Made by a program: the position numbers and the translations under genes
DNA from: Eledone cirrhosa
Taxonomy: Eukaryota
Length of the DNA stretch: 64,000 nucleotides
Reading direction: 5' to 3'
Assembly (NCBI GenBank): GCA_964016885.1
Contig: OZ024742.1
Location: forward strand, 144,460,001 to 144,524,000
Notes under the pieces: model-generated
Told to the model about the DNA's origin: nothing
What the model saw: only the letters and a program-made list of their open reading frames with translations
The model's database searches: none
In this document: positions 23,930-36,195 of the stretch, one piece after another
How positions within the stretch are numbered: position 1 is the first letter of the stretch
Layout: every line of letters begins with the position of its first letter

Positions 23930-25537
23930 GTTATTCCTTGAATCTCAGTCATTGATGTTGGTTAACTGGAAAGTCCGTTGGATTGAATATCAAGCCACTA
24001 CCTGCAGCCTCAGATATTCAGGACGTATCGGAGGGTTCTTGCTGTTCCAAGCAAGCATGCCTTTTGAAGCGTTCCAAAAAGCGTGAAGGGGCCGATTTTC
24101 TTTAACCATCCCTGGAAACTTTTGGAGATAGTCCCCAGTGCGCCTATGACAATCGGGATCACTTTGACTTCATGGCAGTTCCAAATCCTTTTCACCTCCC
24201 ACTTTAGGTCCTGGTATCGGTTAATTTTCTCCCTCTCCTTCTCTTGCACTCTCGTGTCGAACGGGCAGGCCACATCCACAATCAGACACGATCTTTTTTC
24301 TTTGTCCACAACCACCAGGTCAGGTCTATTGTGTTCCAGTTTTTTGTCCGTCTGTATCCTAAAATCCCACAGCACCTTCACCTGATTGTTCTCCATCACC
24401 GCCTCCGGCCTATGCTCATACCATTTCTCAGAATGTGGTAAATTGTTTACTTTGCACAGGTGCCAGTGGATCACCCTGCCCATCACATCGTGTCTCCAGC
24501 CCTTATAGTGGGTCTGGGCTAGGTGTTTACACTCGGACACAATGTGAGCCACAGTCTCCTCTCTCTCTCCACAGATCCTGCACAGTGGGCTAGCCTCCTC
24601 CTTGTAAATATGGTGCTTCAACCACTTCGTTTTGAGGGCCTGCTCCTGCGCAGCCATTATCATTCCTTCTGTAGCCTTTTTGAGGTCTCCTCTTCTCAAC
24701 CAGTTCCATGTCTGTGGATCTCTAAATTCAGTTTTCTCAAAGAAGGTACTATGAAGGGATTTTCCCTTAAGGCTGTTCTTCCTCCTTGATGTTATTTCCT
24801 CCTTGGACATCCCCTGGCCTACTGTCCCCTCCTTCAGTACAGCTTTGAGCATTGGCTCCTTACTATAGGTCACGTATTTGTATAGGTTGTTTTTCTCCAT
24901 CTGAACACAGTCCTCTATGCTGATAAGACCTCTTCCACCCTCAGATCTCCTTAGGTAGAGTCTATCGACATCACTCCTCTTGTGGAACATGTTGTAGATA
25001 GTCAATAGCTTCCTAGTCTTCCTATCCATTTCTTTTTGTTCAGCAACATTCCATCTCAGAATTCCCGCACTGTACCTAATAATAGACACAGCTCGGGAAT
25101 TTACTGCGCTTATGCCATTTCTGCTGTTCAGATGTGACTTCAATACGCTCCTTACTCTCCGAATGTATTCAGTTCTTAACAATTCCTTCATTTTTTTGTT
25201 CTTTATGCCATCAGCCTCCAGAACGCCCAAATACTTGTATCCTTCCTCAGAGTCAATTTCCTTTATCATCTCACCTGTTGGTATCTGGATCCCGCTACTT
25301 CTGCTCAACCTACCCCTCCTCATCACAATGACTCCACATTTACCAATACCAAACTGCATACATATATCACTGCTGAAAATACGGACAGTGTCAACAAGCA
25401 CATCCAACTCCTTCTCACTTTTCCCGAAGAGCTTAAGATCGTCCATGAAGAGGAGGTGATTGATGGTAAGCTCTCCCCTTCCCAACTTGTATCCTGCTCT
25501 CACTTTTCGCAGCATAATGGTCAAGGGCATTAGGGCA
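23930..25537 (-). mobile_element. 5'-truncated R4/Dong-type LINE in (TAA)n
   Basis: Pure (ATT)n on both flanks. Contains an uninterrupted ORF. Confidence 0.9.
24010..25530 (-). CDS. RT C-terminus + CCHC + restriction-like endonuclease of the Dong/R4 LINE (506 aa, 5'-truncated)
   Basis: HLLFMDDLK, YKYLG, CRICGEREETVAHIVSEC, RHD, NRPDLVV..DVACP..EK, IPIVIGALG. Confidence 0.88.
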   Translation of the reverse strand: MPLTIMLRKVRAGYKLGRGELTINHLLFMDDLKLFGKSEKELDVLVDTVRIFSSDICMQFGIGKCGVIVMRRGRLSRSSGIQIPTGEMIKEIDSEEGYKYLGVLEADGIKNKKMKELLRTEYIRRVRSVLKSHLNSRNGISAVNSRAVSIIRYSAGILRWNVAEQKEMDRKTRKLLTIYNMFHKRSDVDRLYLRRSEGGRGLISIEDCVQMEKNNLYKYVTYSKEPMLKAVLKEGTVGQGMSKEEITSRRKNSLKGKSLHSTFFEKTEFRDPQTWNWLRRGDLKKATEGMIMAAQEQALKTKWLKHHIYKEEASPLCRICGEREETVAHIVSECKHLAQTHYKGWRHDVMGRVIHWHLCKVNNLPHSEKWYEHRPEAVMENNQVKVLWDFRIQTDKKLEHNRPDLVVVDKEKRSCLIVDVACPFDTRVQEKEREKINRYQDLKWEVKRIWNCHEVKVIPIVIGALGTISKSFQGWLKKIGPFTLFGTLQKACLLGTARTLRYVLNI

Positions 25538-25667
<130 letters not shown>

Positions 25668-28007
25668 TACAGTATTCATTTTCTCATTGTCAAATGTGTG
25701 ATGTTAGCAAATGACAAGTGTTGAATTGATGCCATTGGCAGAATGAAAGTTTCAAGCAACAGATAAGTGGTTGTTAATTGACATTTAAATAAATAGGCCA
25801 TAAATTGGTTTCGAACACTTAATGAAGACGAAACTGAACAATGGAAAAATCTTAAGTAATTTTATATTCAAAATAGCTGCGATTTTCAATTTCCGTTTGT
25901 ATATTTTTAATGTTTTCCTTTTTTCTCCAACGTATATTGCAAAATCCTTCTCATACATTCAGATTTGTAGTATTTTCACGTAATTTGATACATGTAGGGA
26001 ATGTGTAGATGAAAGCTAAACCTTCATTCCTAAAAGTAGTTTTGAAACACTTAATTTCCTCTCCCAACGTTTATATATAATAGAGAAAACCACATGATAG
26101 GGATTATAAAATACCCGATAACAATTCCATTTTACAGAATGACGCTGGGAAATATCTACAAAAAATGTTTTACTTAGAAGTATCAAGCGTATTTCGAAAT
26201 ACTTCATTTCCTTTCACCATCTTGAATTATGATACGGAACCTTACTTGGCAGGGATTACAAAACACTTGATAACAATTCCATTTTACTGCAAACAAAATG
26301 AGGACCAGAAATAATCTCTAATCGAAACACCTTTTGCTAGAAATAGCAAACAAAGAAACACCAGTCGGTGGAACGATGATACAAAGAAGGGATTTGACTT
26401 ATATCCGAATCAACATGTGACTGCAAAAGTTTGAAATCACACCGGCCAAAGAGGAAGCTTCTTATCTGGTGGCGGAATTGCTAGAAATATAAGTTAAATG
26501 CTCTCCAATCCACTGTCTTAAAAGAAACTAAAGGTATAACCCGAATGTATTAAATTTGGTAACAGATGAGAATGTCACAGCCTCAACATTTTTGCCCATA
26601 GGTCTGCTTAATCCGTGCTGACATGAGGCTAATCAATAACACTAAAATTGAACCAGCGCTTAGAAGATTATTGAGCACGTGTACATATTTCAGATTGCAA
26701 TTACTCTTGGCAGTTTGTAATTTGTACTGCAAGATCAAGAAATATTTTCAAACATTACATAATCCTCCAACTGAAAGTTCACCAGTAAAGTTTATTAAAT
26801 TCTCTCTTGTCAGTATTAATAGAATAAGCAATGCGTGTTGGAAAGAACGCAAAAAAAAAAAAAATGGTTTCCAGCGACTACGAGCTAATCTGGTTTAAAA
26901 TACGACTTTGTGGTTCAGAAATTCGCTTAGCAATCAGAACAACATAATATACTATTGACAAAAACATTTTGAGAGAAATTTTGGAGAGAGCAACTGTACG
27001 GAAGATCATCGTATTTGTACATATAAATATATCAGTCTTGGCTGGAAGAAACGGTGCGTCGAACAAAAGTAGTTATGTTATTTTATATCACGCTAATTAT
27101 ATATCTTTATACCCAGATTGATTTTACTTTTCTGTCTAGGATATTGAAGAGATAAAGACAACAGAAAGTGCTAGGAGTCTATACAATAGACAAAAGCCTT
27201 TAAAGAATGTATACCAGTATGGTCATGATATGATGACTGAAACCAGTTAAAGAATCAATTTTCTTATAGAGTCCATAAAGTAGGGATGGTGAAACAATTA
27301 TTATATCTACAACATGTACACACCATTCTTAGCCTCTTTACGTAGCCAATTCTGTGACAGAGGAAGAATCGACACCAATACTCGACATATGTGCGTCTGA
27401 GTGTTTGTATGCGCAATCATCTTTTTTTCTCCTTTTTGTCTTGACTAAACCAACAATGGATTTATGCTGTTTTTTCGTAATCTTTTTGGGGGAAACTTTG
27501 TTCTTCATCTTCTTGTACACCATACTCTCTCAGATGATTAAAATATATTTTGAGATCACAAAACTATTGTGATATATTTTTTTTTATAAAATCACTCTAT
27601 TTAGTCAATGGTATAATGTCAGTGATGATCTGTAAAGTGATGATAGAATTGATCATATTGTTTTTCACCAACATGCCAAATAGTAGGCGAATTAATTTCA
27701 AAGTTTTCCTTTTCAGTTTCTAGTATTTGATTGATTTACATAATCAATCAGCTTACTTAAATGACTTTAATAAAGGGATGGCACACGAAACGATATAAAT
27801 ATAGACACCGATTCTTTCATCACATTTAAAAACGAAAGATTTCTTAACACAAATAAGGTAATGAGTATTAAAATACGTTAATGCAAGTAAGCCGAATAAA
27901 TTAACTAATAAAGCCTACTATTGAATTTAGGAACACAAATATTAGTTTAATATTTAAATTTGAAAGGGTTTTGAATTTCATTTCTCTATTAAACTGCAGA
28001 GTAATCT

Positions 28008-28067
<60 letters not shown>

Positions 28068-28072
<5 letters not shown>

Positions 28073-28586
28073 TAAACGGAAAAGAAAATGCTGACAAATT
28101 GTTCCCAGTGAAAAATAGTTTAATTAGGAATAAGTAAAAATTAGTAATAGTATTGGTTAGTATTCAGTTTTGGTTTTAAGTGTTACCGGTTGCGCATTTC
28201 TAATGCTTTTCAAAAATAATTTTGAGATAGAGCGCCCGTGATGTTTGCTCTAATCTGATTAGTTTGGGAAATTCTACCTGTTTTATGTGAAAAAAGTGGC
28301 TCCAGATATATTAAAATAAGTTTCGCGCCAATTCGTGTTGCAAAAATTCTTGTGGTCAAAACAATTTTGATTGGTCGGTAGAGGTCATGTGAATGTTAAA
28401 AATTGATTTTGCGCCAAATGTAGGTTTGTGTCGGCTGATTGAGAAGTCACTGAAAAATAAGTCTTTCAAAGCAAATATGTGTGTGTGTAGTAGTAGTAGT
28501 AGTAAAGAGGTTCGTTGTTGTGATAATGGTCAACAGGGATGTATGTGCGAACCGCAGCCTGTTGACAGTTCAAATGCCTATTAAGA

Positions 28587-28649
<63 letters not shown>

Positions 28650-28757
28650 CAGAGTAATTCGTGGTAGAGGGATGGTCAGTAGGAATGTGTCTGTACGTGT
28701 GTGGGGGATATTTTAACATGTTAAAAGATATTTTTCAGCTCTTGTCTTATACGGAGA

Positions 28758-28822
<65 letters not shown>

Positions 28823-29456
28823 CTCTTTGTATGTTAATGTACGCGTGTGTATGTGTGTGTGTATATATGTGTGTGTGTGTGTGAGAATGTGTGTGTGTGG
28901 GTGGACCAGTATTTAATAGGCATTTGAACTGTCAACAGGCTGCGGTTCGCACATACATCCCTGTTGACCATTATCACAACAACGAACCTCTTTACTACTA
29001 CTACTACACACACACACACACACACACACATATTTGTTTTGAAAGACTTATTTTTCAGTGACTTCTCAATCAGCCGACACAAACCTACATTTGGCGCAAA
29101 ATCAATTTTTAACATTCACATGACCTCTACCGACCAATCAATATTGTTTTGACCACAAGAATTTTTGCAACACGAATTGGCGCGAAACTTATTTTAATAC
29201 ATCTGGAGCCACTTTTTTCACATAAAACAGGTAGAATTTCCCAAACTAATCAGATTAGAGCAAACATCACGGGCGCTCTATCTCAAAATTATTTTTGAAA
29301 AGCAACCGGTAAAACTTAAAACCAAAACTGAGTACTAACCAATACTATTACTAATTTTTACTTATTCCTAATTAAACTATTTTTCACTGGGAACAATTTG
29401 TCGGCATTTTCCGTTTACCAATATATCATAACTCGTGTGTTACACCTCTATTCTTT

Positions 29457-29460
<4 letters not shown>
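28068..29460. mobile_element. Large fold-back element in (TA)n, probably PLE-derived (arms about 510 bp, spacer about 330 bp)
   Basis: 28068-28583 is the reverse complement of about 28913-29423. The right arm has a tail of about 35 nt. A hammerhead-like TTGAAAA-gcat/atgc-GCAA-ccgg-ta lies at 28180-28216 (-). Confidence 0.75.
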
Positions 29461-29540
<80 letters not shown>

Positions 29541-29543
<3 letters not shown>

Positions 29544-29773
29544 CGGCGATGAATTTGTTTTGCGAGGTTTTTGATATGAAATCGTGTGTCGAAACAAATA
29601 TTGTTATACTTGGGGAGGGTCATATTGTTGTAATAATATTCCCAGAAATAATAACAGAACACACTCACTGTTTGGTTGGTTTTCGCTTCTGTATCTTTTA
29701 TATCTCCACAGTTAATTCATTAGTTCATTCTAGCAATATTATTACAATATGACCCTCCCCAAGTATAACAATA
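29541..29773. mobile_element. PLE family C mini fold-back
   Basis: attgttatacttggggagggtcatattg / caatatgaccctccccaagtataacaat are inverted. One arm carries an extra tail also seen at 43748-43806. Confidence 0.7.
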
Positions 29774-30399
29774 TATATACATGTGTGTGTGTGTATGTGT
29801 GTGTGTGAGAGAGAGAGAGAGAGAGTGAGAGAGGGAGAGCGTGTGTGTCGTTCTCTTCATAGATAAAGCTCTCTATAGAAATAAACACCAGTAGTTACAT
29901 TGATTTATTTTACTAGTTGCATAACACTCTTTCGACTATATTTTTCTTTCATTTATCATGTGTGATTCTCTTTCACATCTTAGTACCAACAGAAAAGTTG
30001 TTCCATATCGCCTCTTAATTGGCTATATTTCCACTATTGATAAAGCTAGTCAGGGAGTGAATTCTCCACTCATTTCATTCATTGCACACTTCATGCCACC
30101 ACTATTTCCGGTCTCTTCGTTTCAGTACTCGCAATTGATTTGTTTTGTTTGTATGATTGATTTTACATTAACCAAAAAATTAATAAATAAAACAACAAAA
30201 AGAAAAAAATATATATTCTCATTTGTGACAAAGCTTTACTTCACAAATAAATGTAGTCCCTTTATGTTTCAGTTAGCTAAAATAAGCTGAGTAGACATTA
30301 GGTGATCATTGCAGTAGTGTGGGTATAATTCCAGGCTTAGCGTGCCTGCAACCTTGTTTCAATTCGAGATTGTAGCTATTTCATTTATTCCTATAATTC

Positions 30400-30606
30400 T
30401 TTCTGTTTTAGGCAGAAGGCCAACAATTTTAGGAGAAGAGAAAATCGATTAAATTGACCCTAGTGCATTATTGGTGCTTATTTTATTGACCCCGTAAAGA
30501 TGAAAGGCAAAGCTAACTTCGGCGGGATTTGAACGCAGAACGTAAAGGGGTATAACTCTATGCTGCAAAGCATGTGGTCCATCGATCTACCGATACTGCC
30601 AATCCA
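30400..30606 (-). mobile_element. SINE family 1
   Basis: ttttattgaccccgtaaagatgaaaggcaaag...gggatttgaac...taccgatactgccaat. Confidence 0.75.
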
Positions 30607-31135
30607 CGTACTCTACCGATGGACCAACGAAGGATTTTTCAACGAACCAACGAGGGAGCCTCGACGCAGCTGCTCAGCGTAGTGGTAATAACAACTAAAT
30701 ATATTACAAATTACACACTACCATCCTGAGTAAAGAATGGTGCATTGTATAATGCACTCCCAGCTATACGAAAAGACGAAATAACAACGGCTGGTCGCCT
30801 TTGAGCATATGTCGACTCAATCGTGGTTGACCTAGTGCTAAACAGTAACAACAGCATTTTCAAAGATATACATCTAATAAATCTCATTTTCAAACATATG
30901 GAATAAATAAGGTAGACCGTCCGTTGCTGGATACATTAAATCAGGGCCGGATTTAATGGAAGCAAAGAAGGCAACGGCGACAATTGCGGGGGATCCCACC
31001 AGATGGTTGTGGTGTTGTGTGTGTGTATGTCCATGTGTCAATTTTCCTGTGTGTTAGCAGACAAATTGCCACTGAAAGACTGGACAAGTTGGTGCCTCTA
31101 TATTTCTCTCTCTCTCTTTCTTTCTACCACTGTCA

Positions 31136-31193
<58 letters not shown>

Positions 31194-31312
31194 GATGACA
31201 GCTAATAAGCTAGAAACTAGTTCATCGTTCCTTTGTCAGTGTTGAACAAAAGGGCAACGATGATTGCCGAACACTGTACGTCTGTATACATATATGTATG
31301 TACGTATACATA

Positions 31313-31391
<79 letters not shown>

Positions 31392-31397
<6 letters not shown>

Positions 31398-31748
31398 GTG
31401 AGATTTTTTTTACAAAATGAAAAATAACCGAGGTGTCCTACACGAGTGAAAGTATAAAGAAAAAGAGATGAAATCGAAAATGCAACTGGAGTCTTATTTT
31501 TTTAAAAAATATATATATTTATTTGGTTCCTTTAGGTTTCGCAGTTCTTCTGCTTTTCAAAAGGTGAGTTGAGATGGAGGGTCTGTGGTTTTTCTCACAG
31601 AGATGTAAGAAAAACCACAGACCCTCCATCTCAACTTACCTTTTGAAAAGCAGAAGAACTGCGAAACCACCGGTAAAGGAACCAAATAAATATATATATT
31701 TAAAAAAAAAATAAGACTCCAGTTGCATTTTCGATTTCATCTCTTTTT

Positions 31749-31753
<5 letters not shown>
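31392..31753. mobile_element. PLE family B fold-back in (TA)n
   Basis: Arms at about 31453-31597 and 31607-31753. The left arm has a tail of about 60 nt. Sister copy at 39230-39580. Confidence 0.8.
31639..31679 (+). ncRNA. Minimal hammerhead ribozyme, U3-A8 variant
   Basis: cctt-TTGAAAA-gcag-aagaa-ctgc-GAAA-cc-acc-gg-TA-aagg. Confidence 0.7.
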
Positions 31754-31789
<36 letters not shown>

Positions 31790-31792
<3 letters not shown>

Positions 31793-31990
31793 CGAAAACA
31801 AAGAAAATGTGGTAAGAATCCAGGTGGACCATAACGCACCACAGTACTCGATACTTAGGATAGTAGAGTGGGTAATAGGAAAAGAGTCAGTACCCCGACG
31901 GCTGAGCTCCGGCCGTTTCGACAGCTAGAGTTCGGATCTAGCTGTCGAAACGGCCGGAGCTCAGCCGTCGGGGTCATGACTTTTTTCTTA
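31790..31990. mobile_element. PLE family A mini fold-back in (TA)n
   Basis: Same tail as 7006-7085, plus a palindrome centred at about 31932 that contains GAAA-stem III-GUC-gggg. Confidence 0.8.
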
Positions 31991-32010
31991 TATATAAAGA
32001 GAGGGAGAGA

Positions 32011-32080
<70 letters not shown>

Positions 32081-32110
32081 CAGATATAGGCAAAATGATG
32101 AGCGATATAG

Positions 32111-32157
<47 letters not shown>

Positions 32158-32254
32158 CAGAGATAGACAACAGAGAGTCAAATTTAGCAACAGTTCAGAT
32201 GAAAAGCCAACACAAACACACAGACACAAACACACACACACCACACATGGGCGT

Positions 32255-32328
<74 letters not shown>

Positions 32329-32384
32329 ATATATATATATATATAAATACATACATATATATTTATACATATATATATATACAA

Positions 32385-32415
<31 letters not shown>

Positions 32416-32426
32416 TAGATACATAT

Positions 32427-32469
<43 letters not shown>

Positions 32470-32733
32470 TATTTCTTTTATTTGCCACTAGGGCATCAAA
32501 AGTGGGACAAGTACAAAGGGGGGAGTTTACACAAAAAGGCGTCCTCAATAAGGAGGAGGCAATAACAAAATATAAAAATAAAATAAGATATAACAAAAAA
32601 TAAAATTTTTAACAAAATCCTCAATAGAGAGGAGGCGCCTTGGGGGGTCGCACACACCCCCGAAAAAAGTGTGCAACCCTTCTCCTCAGGAGCACAGAGA
32701 AGGGGTGCTCCCTTGGTCTTTCATCTTCCTCAC

Positions 32734-35700
32734 CTATAGTCTGATGTAGAGTGAAGGCCCATTCACACGGGCCATTCTCGCCACTTTCACCCATCTTTCA
32801 TAGAAACGGCTGGGGTGCAGCACCTCTCTCTCCATCCTGATCCTTCTTCCGAAATGATATCGGAAGAAACGGACCAGTTGTTGGCCAGAGAGAAAGGTGC
32901 CCGACCTCAGTCCTTTCAGACGCGTCCACCATACAACCTCTTTCGCCATGGCTATTACGCACAGAAACACCGCCTCTGCTTCATCTTTGAAGGGGGGAGG
33001 CGGCTTGATCATTACAATAGACTCGGTGGTCAACCGGATCGGTCCCACCCTTGACAGCAGTTGTTCGACATAGCCCCACAGATCGGCTACGCCCGAGCAG
33101 TGTACTAATGCGTGTGCAACGGTTTCCTCGTCGCACACGCATCTGGGACAGATCTTTTTGGCGGGGTCCCTACCCGGGCGCCCGTGTCTGTAGAGCCTTT
33201 CTCGAACGGGTAAAGCCCCTCGGTAGCACTGCCAGGCCAGGGACTTCTGGAAGTTGTCCATAGGTCCCGGGCTGAATGTCCTACCGAACAGGCTGGCCAG
33301 TTCGTCCTCCTCCATGTCTAGGGCTTCTCCGAGGGCGTCGTCGCACCTGCTGCGTACCAGCCCTCTATAGAATGTTGCGGTGGAGTCTCCACTGACAACC
33401 GGATCCGCCTGCCAGAGGGCGGTGAGCGCCTGGGCACACTCAGTGTGCCAGGCGCCCAGTTTTCTCGGTCTTTGCTTGACCCAAGATTGCAGCTCGGTGA
33501 GTGAGACGAGTCTGGGAAAGGTTCGTCTCACAAACGAGGCCCACACCGGTTGTCCGGTGAGGAATACGTAGAGGTGCCGTAGCCTTAATGCGTGTTTACG
33601 CATCATTAGCCACGGCATCCCCAGCCCTCCTTTCGAAGGGTGTTGACAGCAGATGGATCTCCTCACCATAGGAGCCCGCCTCTTCCAAAGGAATTGGAAG
33701 AGCGCGCGCTCCATCTTGGTGAGGGTTTCCCTTGGGCAGGGCACTACGGTCAGGCGGTAGTAGATGACGGACGCTATGTAGGTGTTCGCCACCTCCGCCC
33801 GACCTTTCAGGGATAGTTTGCAACTGGCCCACTTCTGGGTCAGTGCAAACACCCTGTTCGTAACCTCCGCCCAGTTTTTCTCCACCTGGAGGTCCGGTCC
33901 GAACCAGACCCCGAGCAACTTCACCGGGCCCTCCGTCCAGCGTCCGACGACGCTATCGGAGGGCATCGGTCTGCCCCTCCACGTGCCGAGTTGCAAACCG
34001 ATCGACTTGTCCCGGTTCAGCTTAGCCCCTGTGAACTTTTCGTACTCCTCCAGTAAGGTGCCGACCGCCTCGATTTCGGAGGCCGTCGACACCATTACTG
34101 TCACGTCATCGGCGTAGGCCGACACCGCTTTCCGCAATCCCGGTTCCAAAGGGATGCCCTGCAACAACTCCAACTTCCGCAGTAGTGGCTCGAGAGTCAA
34201 CACATACAGAAGGGAGGAGAGAGGGCACCCTTGTCGGATGGACCGCGCGATTTTGAACGGCTCCGAGAGGTAGCCGTTCACCTTGACCCTAGAGCAGATG
34301 CGGCTGCTGTGCATAGCAGTGATCCAGCCCCTGAAAACGGGTCCGAAGCCTGCCGCCGCTAGCACCGCATCCAGGTAACCATGGTCGACCCTATCGAACG
34401 CCTTAGATTGATCCAAGTTGATCAGAGCCCCACCAAAGCCGGGTTCGTTCCCAACCCTCTCTATGATGTATCGCATGAGGTGGAGGTTGTCATGGATGGA
34501 CCTGGACGGGATAGCGCATGTCTGCGCATCTTCCACCAGGTTGCCCACGACAAGCGCCAACCTCTTTGCTAGCACCTTGGCCAAAATCTGTAACTCTGTA
34601 TTTAGCAGTGTTATGGGCCTGAAGTTACTTATTTCGTCCCCCTTGTTCTCGTCCTTCCTCACTAGCGTGACTACGCCCTTGGTCACAGTACAGGGAATTC
34701 TCCCGTTCTGTTGCCAGTTGCAGTAGACCGCCTCGAGGAGATCGGGGAACAAGTCCGGCATAGCTAGATATAATTCGTAAGGAAGACCATCGAGACCCGG
34801 GGATTTGCGTTTGCCGCATTGGCTCAGCACGTCCTCTATCTCAGCGGCCGAAATCGGCTCCTCGCAGGACTTCGCCTCCCTGTCCGAGAGGCGCGGCAGG
34901 CCGTCGAGGTATGGACCGAAGTCCACGTTCCCAACCGGCTCCCCGCCCCTCCCGAACAGTCGGGCAAAGTGCCTTTGAAAGGCCTCACACATCTGCTTAG
35001 GCTCAAGAATCGCCCGTCCATCCAGGTCTCGCAAAGACCGGATGGTGGATTTAGTTCCACTGTTGGCCTCTGTCACGCGGGCCCAGCTAACAGCTTTGGT
35101 CCCCTCGTTCCCTAGAGCACGTATTTTACTTCGGACAACGCAGCCTTCGTGCTTCGCGTCGAAAAACTGGCTCAAAGCCGTTCTCGACGCTAGCACTCTG
35201 GCCACGTCGCCGCTTCTAATTGCCTCTTCTACTCTATCTATTAGCTCCCTTTCCTTCCTATTCCTATCCGCAGCTAGAACCTTACTAAATTCTATCGAGA
35301 CTACTCTAATCTCTCTCTTTAGAGATACCCACCACCTGCTGTTGACGATCGCTCCAGTCAACCGTTCCTTAACTAACGTACTAATCCGATTCCTGTAGGC
35401 TCTACTTGCCGGCAAGGACAAGTTGAGCTTCCAGTAACCGGGGCCCTGTCTATGAGTTCTGTCAAGGTTGACCATGCAGGTCACTAATTTGTGGTCTGAA
35501 TAGCCAACCATGCGCATTTTTGGACAACTTAAAAAGTCCTTATCCTTAATTCTAACTAAGAACCTATCTAGGTACGACCTAGATGATCCGCTACGATTTG
35601 CCCAAGTCCAGGTTGGCGCAGTCGGAAAATCTAGTCGATATCTATCGGCCAGGTCAAATCGACCGATTAACCCTTTGAGGCTATTACACCCCTCTCTATC

Positions 35701-36171
35701 GGGGCAGGCCCCTACGTAGTCCCAGCGTGCATCTAGGATACCATTCCAGTCCCCCACTAATAGCAAGGAGCGGGACGTCCCTAGAAAAGTCTCCAGACGA
35801 TGGAAGAAGTCCGGCCGCATTGACCCGAAAGGGCCGTAGGCGGCTACCAACCTAAACGCTCCGCCTTTACCACTGCCAAGGTCCAGAACCACTAGTCGAC
35901 CCTCCGGGTCCAAATGTACCATCTGTGTTGCGAGACCCAGATGTTTTTGCAGCAGAACGACAACTCCACTCCCACCTCCGGGCTGACAGAGAGATGCGTG
36001 CATCTCAAAGTCATCAAAGGTGGGGGACAGCTGTCGCACGTTGCTGATCCGGGCCTCGCAAATAACCATCACATCTATACGTTGTGACCTGAGGTCATTT
36101 AGAAGCATTGCTTGCTTCCAAGTTGAGCCCAGGCCACGCGCATTTAAACAGCCTACTCTTAGCATAGCCAT
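32734..36171 (-). CDS. LINE ORF2: APE endonuclease, reverse transcriptase, C-terminal zinc finger (uninterrupted)
   Basis: LNARGL, GDWN, YLDRF, SDH, KSPGLDG, NFRPITLLN, LDQSKAFDRVDH, IRQGCPLS, AYADD, CPRC..ETVAHALVHC. Confidence 0.95.
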   Translation of the reverse strand: MAMLRVGCLNARGLGSTWKQAMLLNDLRSQRIDVMVICEARISNVRQLSPTFDDFEMHASLCQPGGGSGVVVLLQKHLGLATQMVHLDPEGRLVVLDLGSGKGGAFRLVAAYGPFGSMRPDFFHRLETFLGTSRSLLLVGDWNGILDARWDYVGACPDREGCNSLKGLIGRFDLADRYRLDFPTAPTWTWANRSGSSRSYLDRFLVRIKDKDFLSCPKMRMVGYSDHKLVTCMVNLDRTHRQGPGYWKLNLSLPASRAYRNRISTLVKERLTGAIVNSRWWVSLKREIRVVSIEFSKVLAADRNRKERELIDRVEEAIRSGDVARVLASRTALSQFFDAKHEGCVVRSKIRALGNEGTKAVSWARVTEANSGTKSTIRSLRDLDGRAILEPKQMCEAFQRHFARLFGRGGEPVGNVDFGPYLDGLPRLSDREAKSCEEPISAAEIEDVLSQCGKRKSPGLDGLPYELYLAMPDLFPDLLEAVYCNWQQNGRIPCTVTKGVVTLVRKDENKGDEISNFRPITLLNTELQILAKVLAKRLALVVGNLVEDAQTCAIPSRSIHDNLHLMRYIIERVGNEPGFGGALINLDQSKAFDRVDHGYLDAVLAAAGFGPVFRGWITAMHSSRICSRVKVNGYLSEPFKIARSIRQGCPLSSLLYVLTLEPLLRKLELLQGIPLEPGLRKAVSAYADDVTVMVSTASEIEAVGTLLEEYEKFTGAKLNRDKSIGLQLGTWRGRPMPSDSVVGRWTEGPVKLLGVWFGPDLQVEKNWAEVTNRVFALTQKWASCKLSLKGRAEVANTYIASVIYYRLTVVPCPRETLTKMERALFQFLWKRRAPMVRRSICCQHPSKGGLGMPWLMMRKHALRLRHLYVFLTGQPVWASFVRRTFPRLVSLTELQSWVKQRPRKLGAWHTECAQALTALWQADPVVSGDSTATFYRGLVRSRCDDALGEALDMEEDELASLFGRTFSPGPMDNFQKSLAWQCYRGALPVRERLYRHGRPGRDPAKKICPRCVCDEETVAHALVHCSGVADLWGYVEQLLSRVGPIRLTTESIVMIKPPPPFKDEAEAVFLCVIAMAKEVVWWTRLKGLRSGTFLSGQQLVRFFRYHFGRRIRMEREVLHPSRFYERWVKVARMARVNGPSLYIRL

Positions 36172-36195
36172 GTTGGTGGTGAAGAGAAAAGGCAC

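Noticed and set aside
28068-29424. Interpreting the large inverted repeats as DNA-transposon TIRs or MITEs
   Set aside because: The arms are asymmetric with tails, have variable turn-around points, and carry hammerheads and PLE homology. This fits retroelement fold-backs better.
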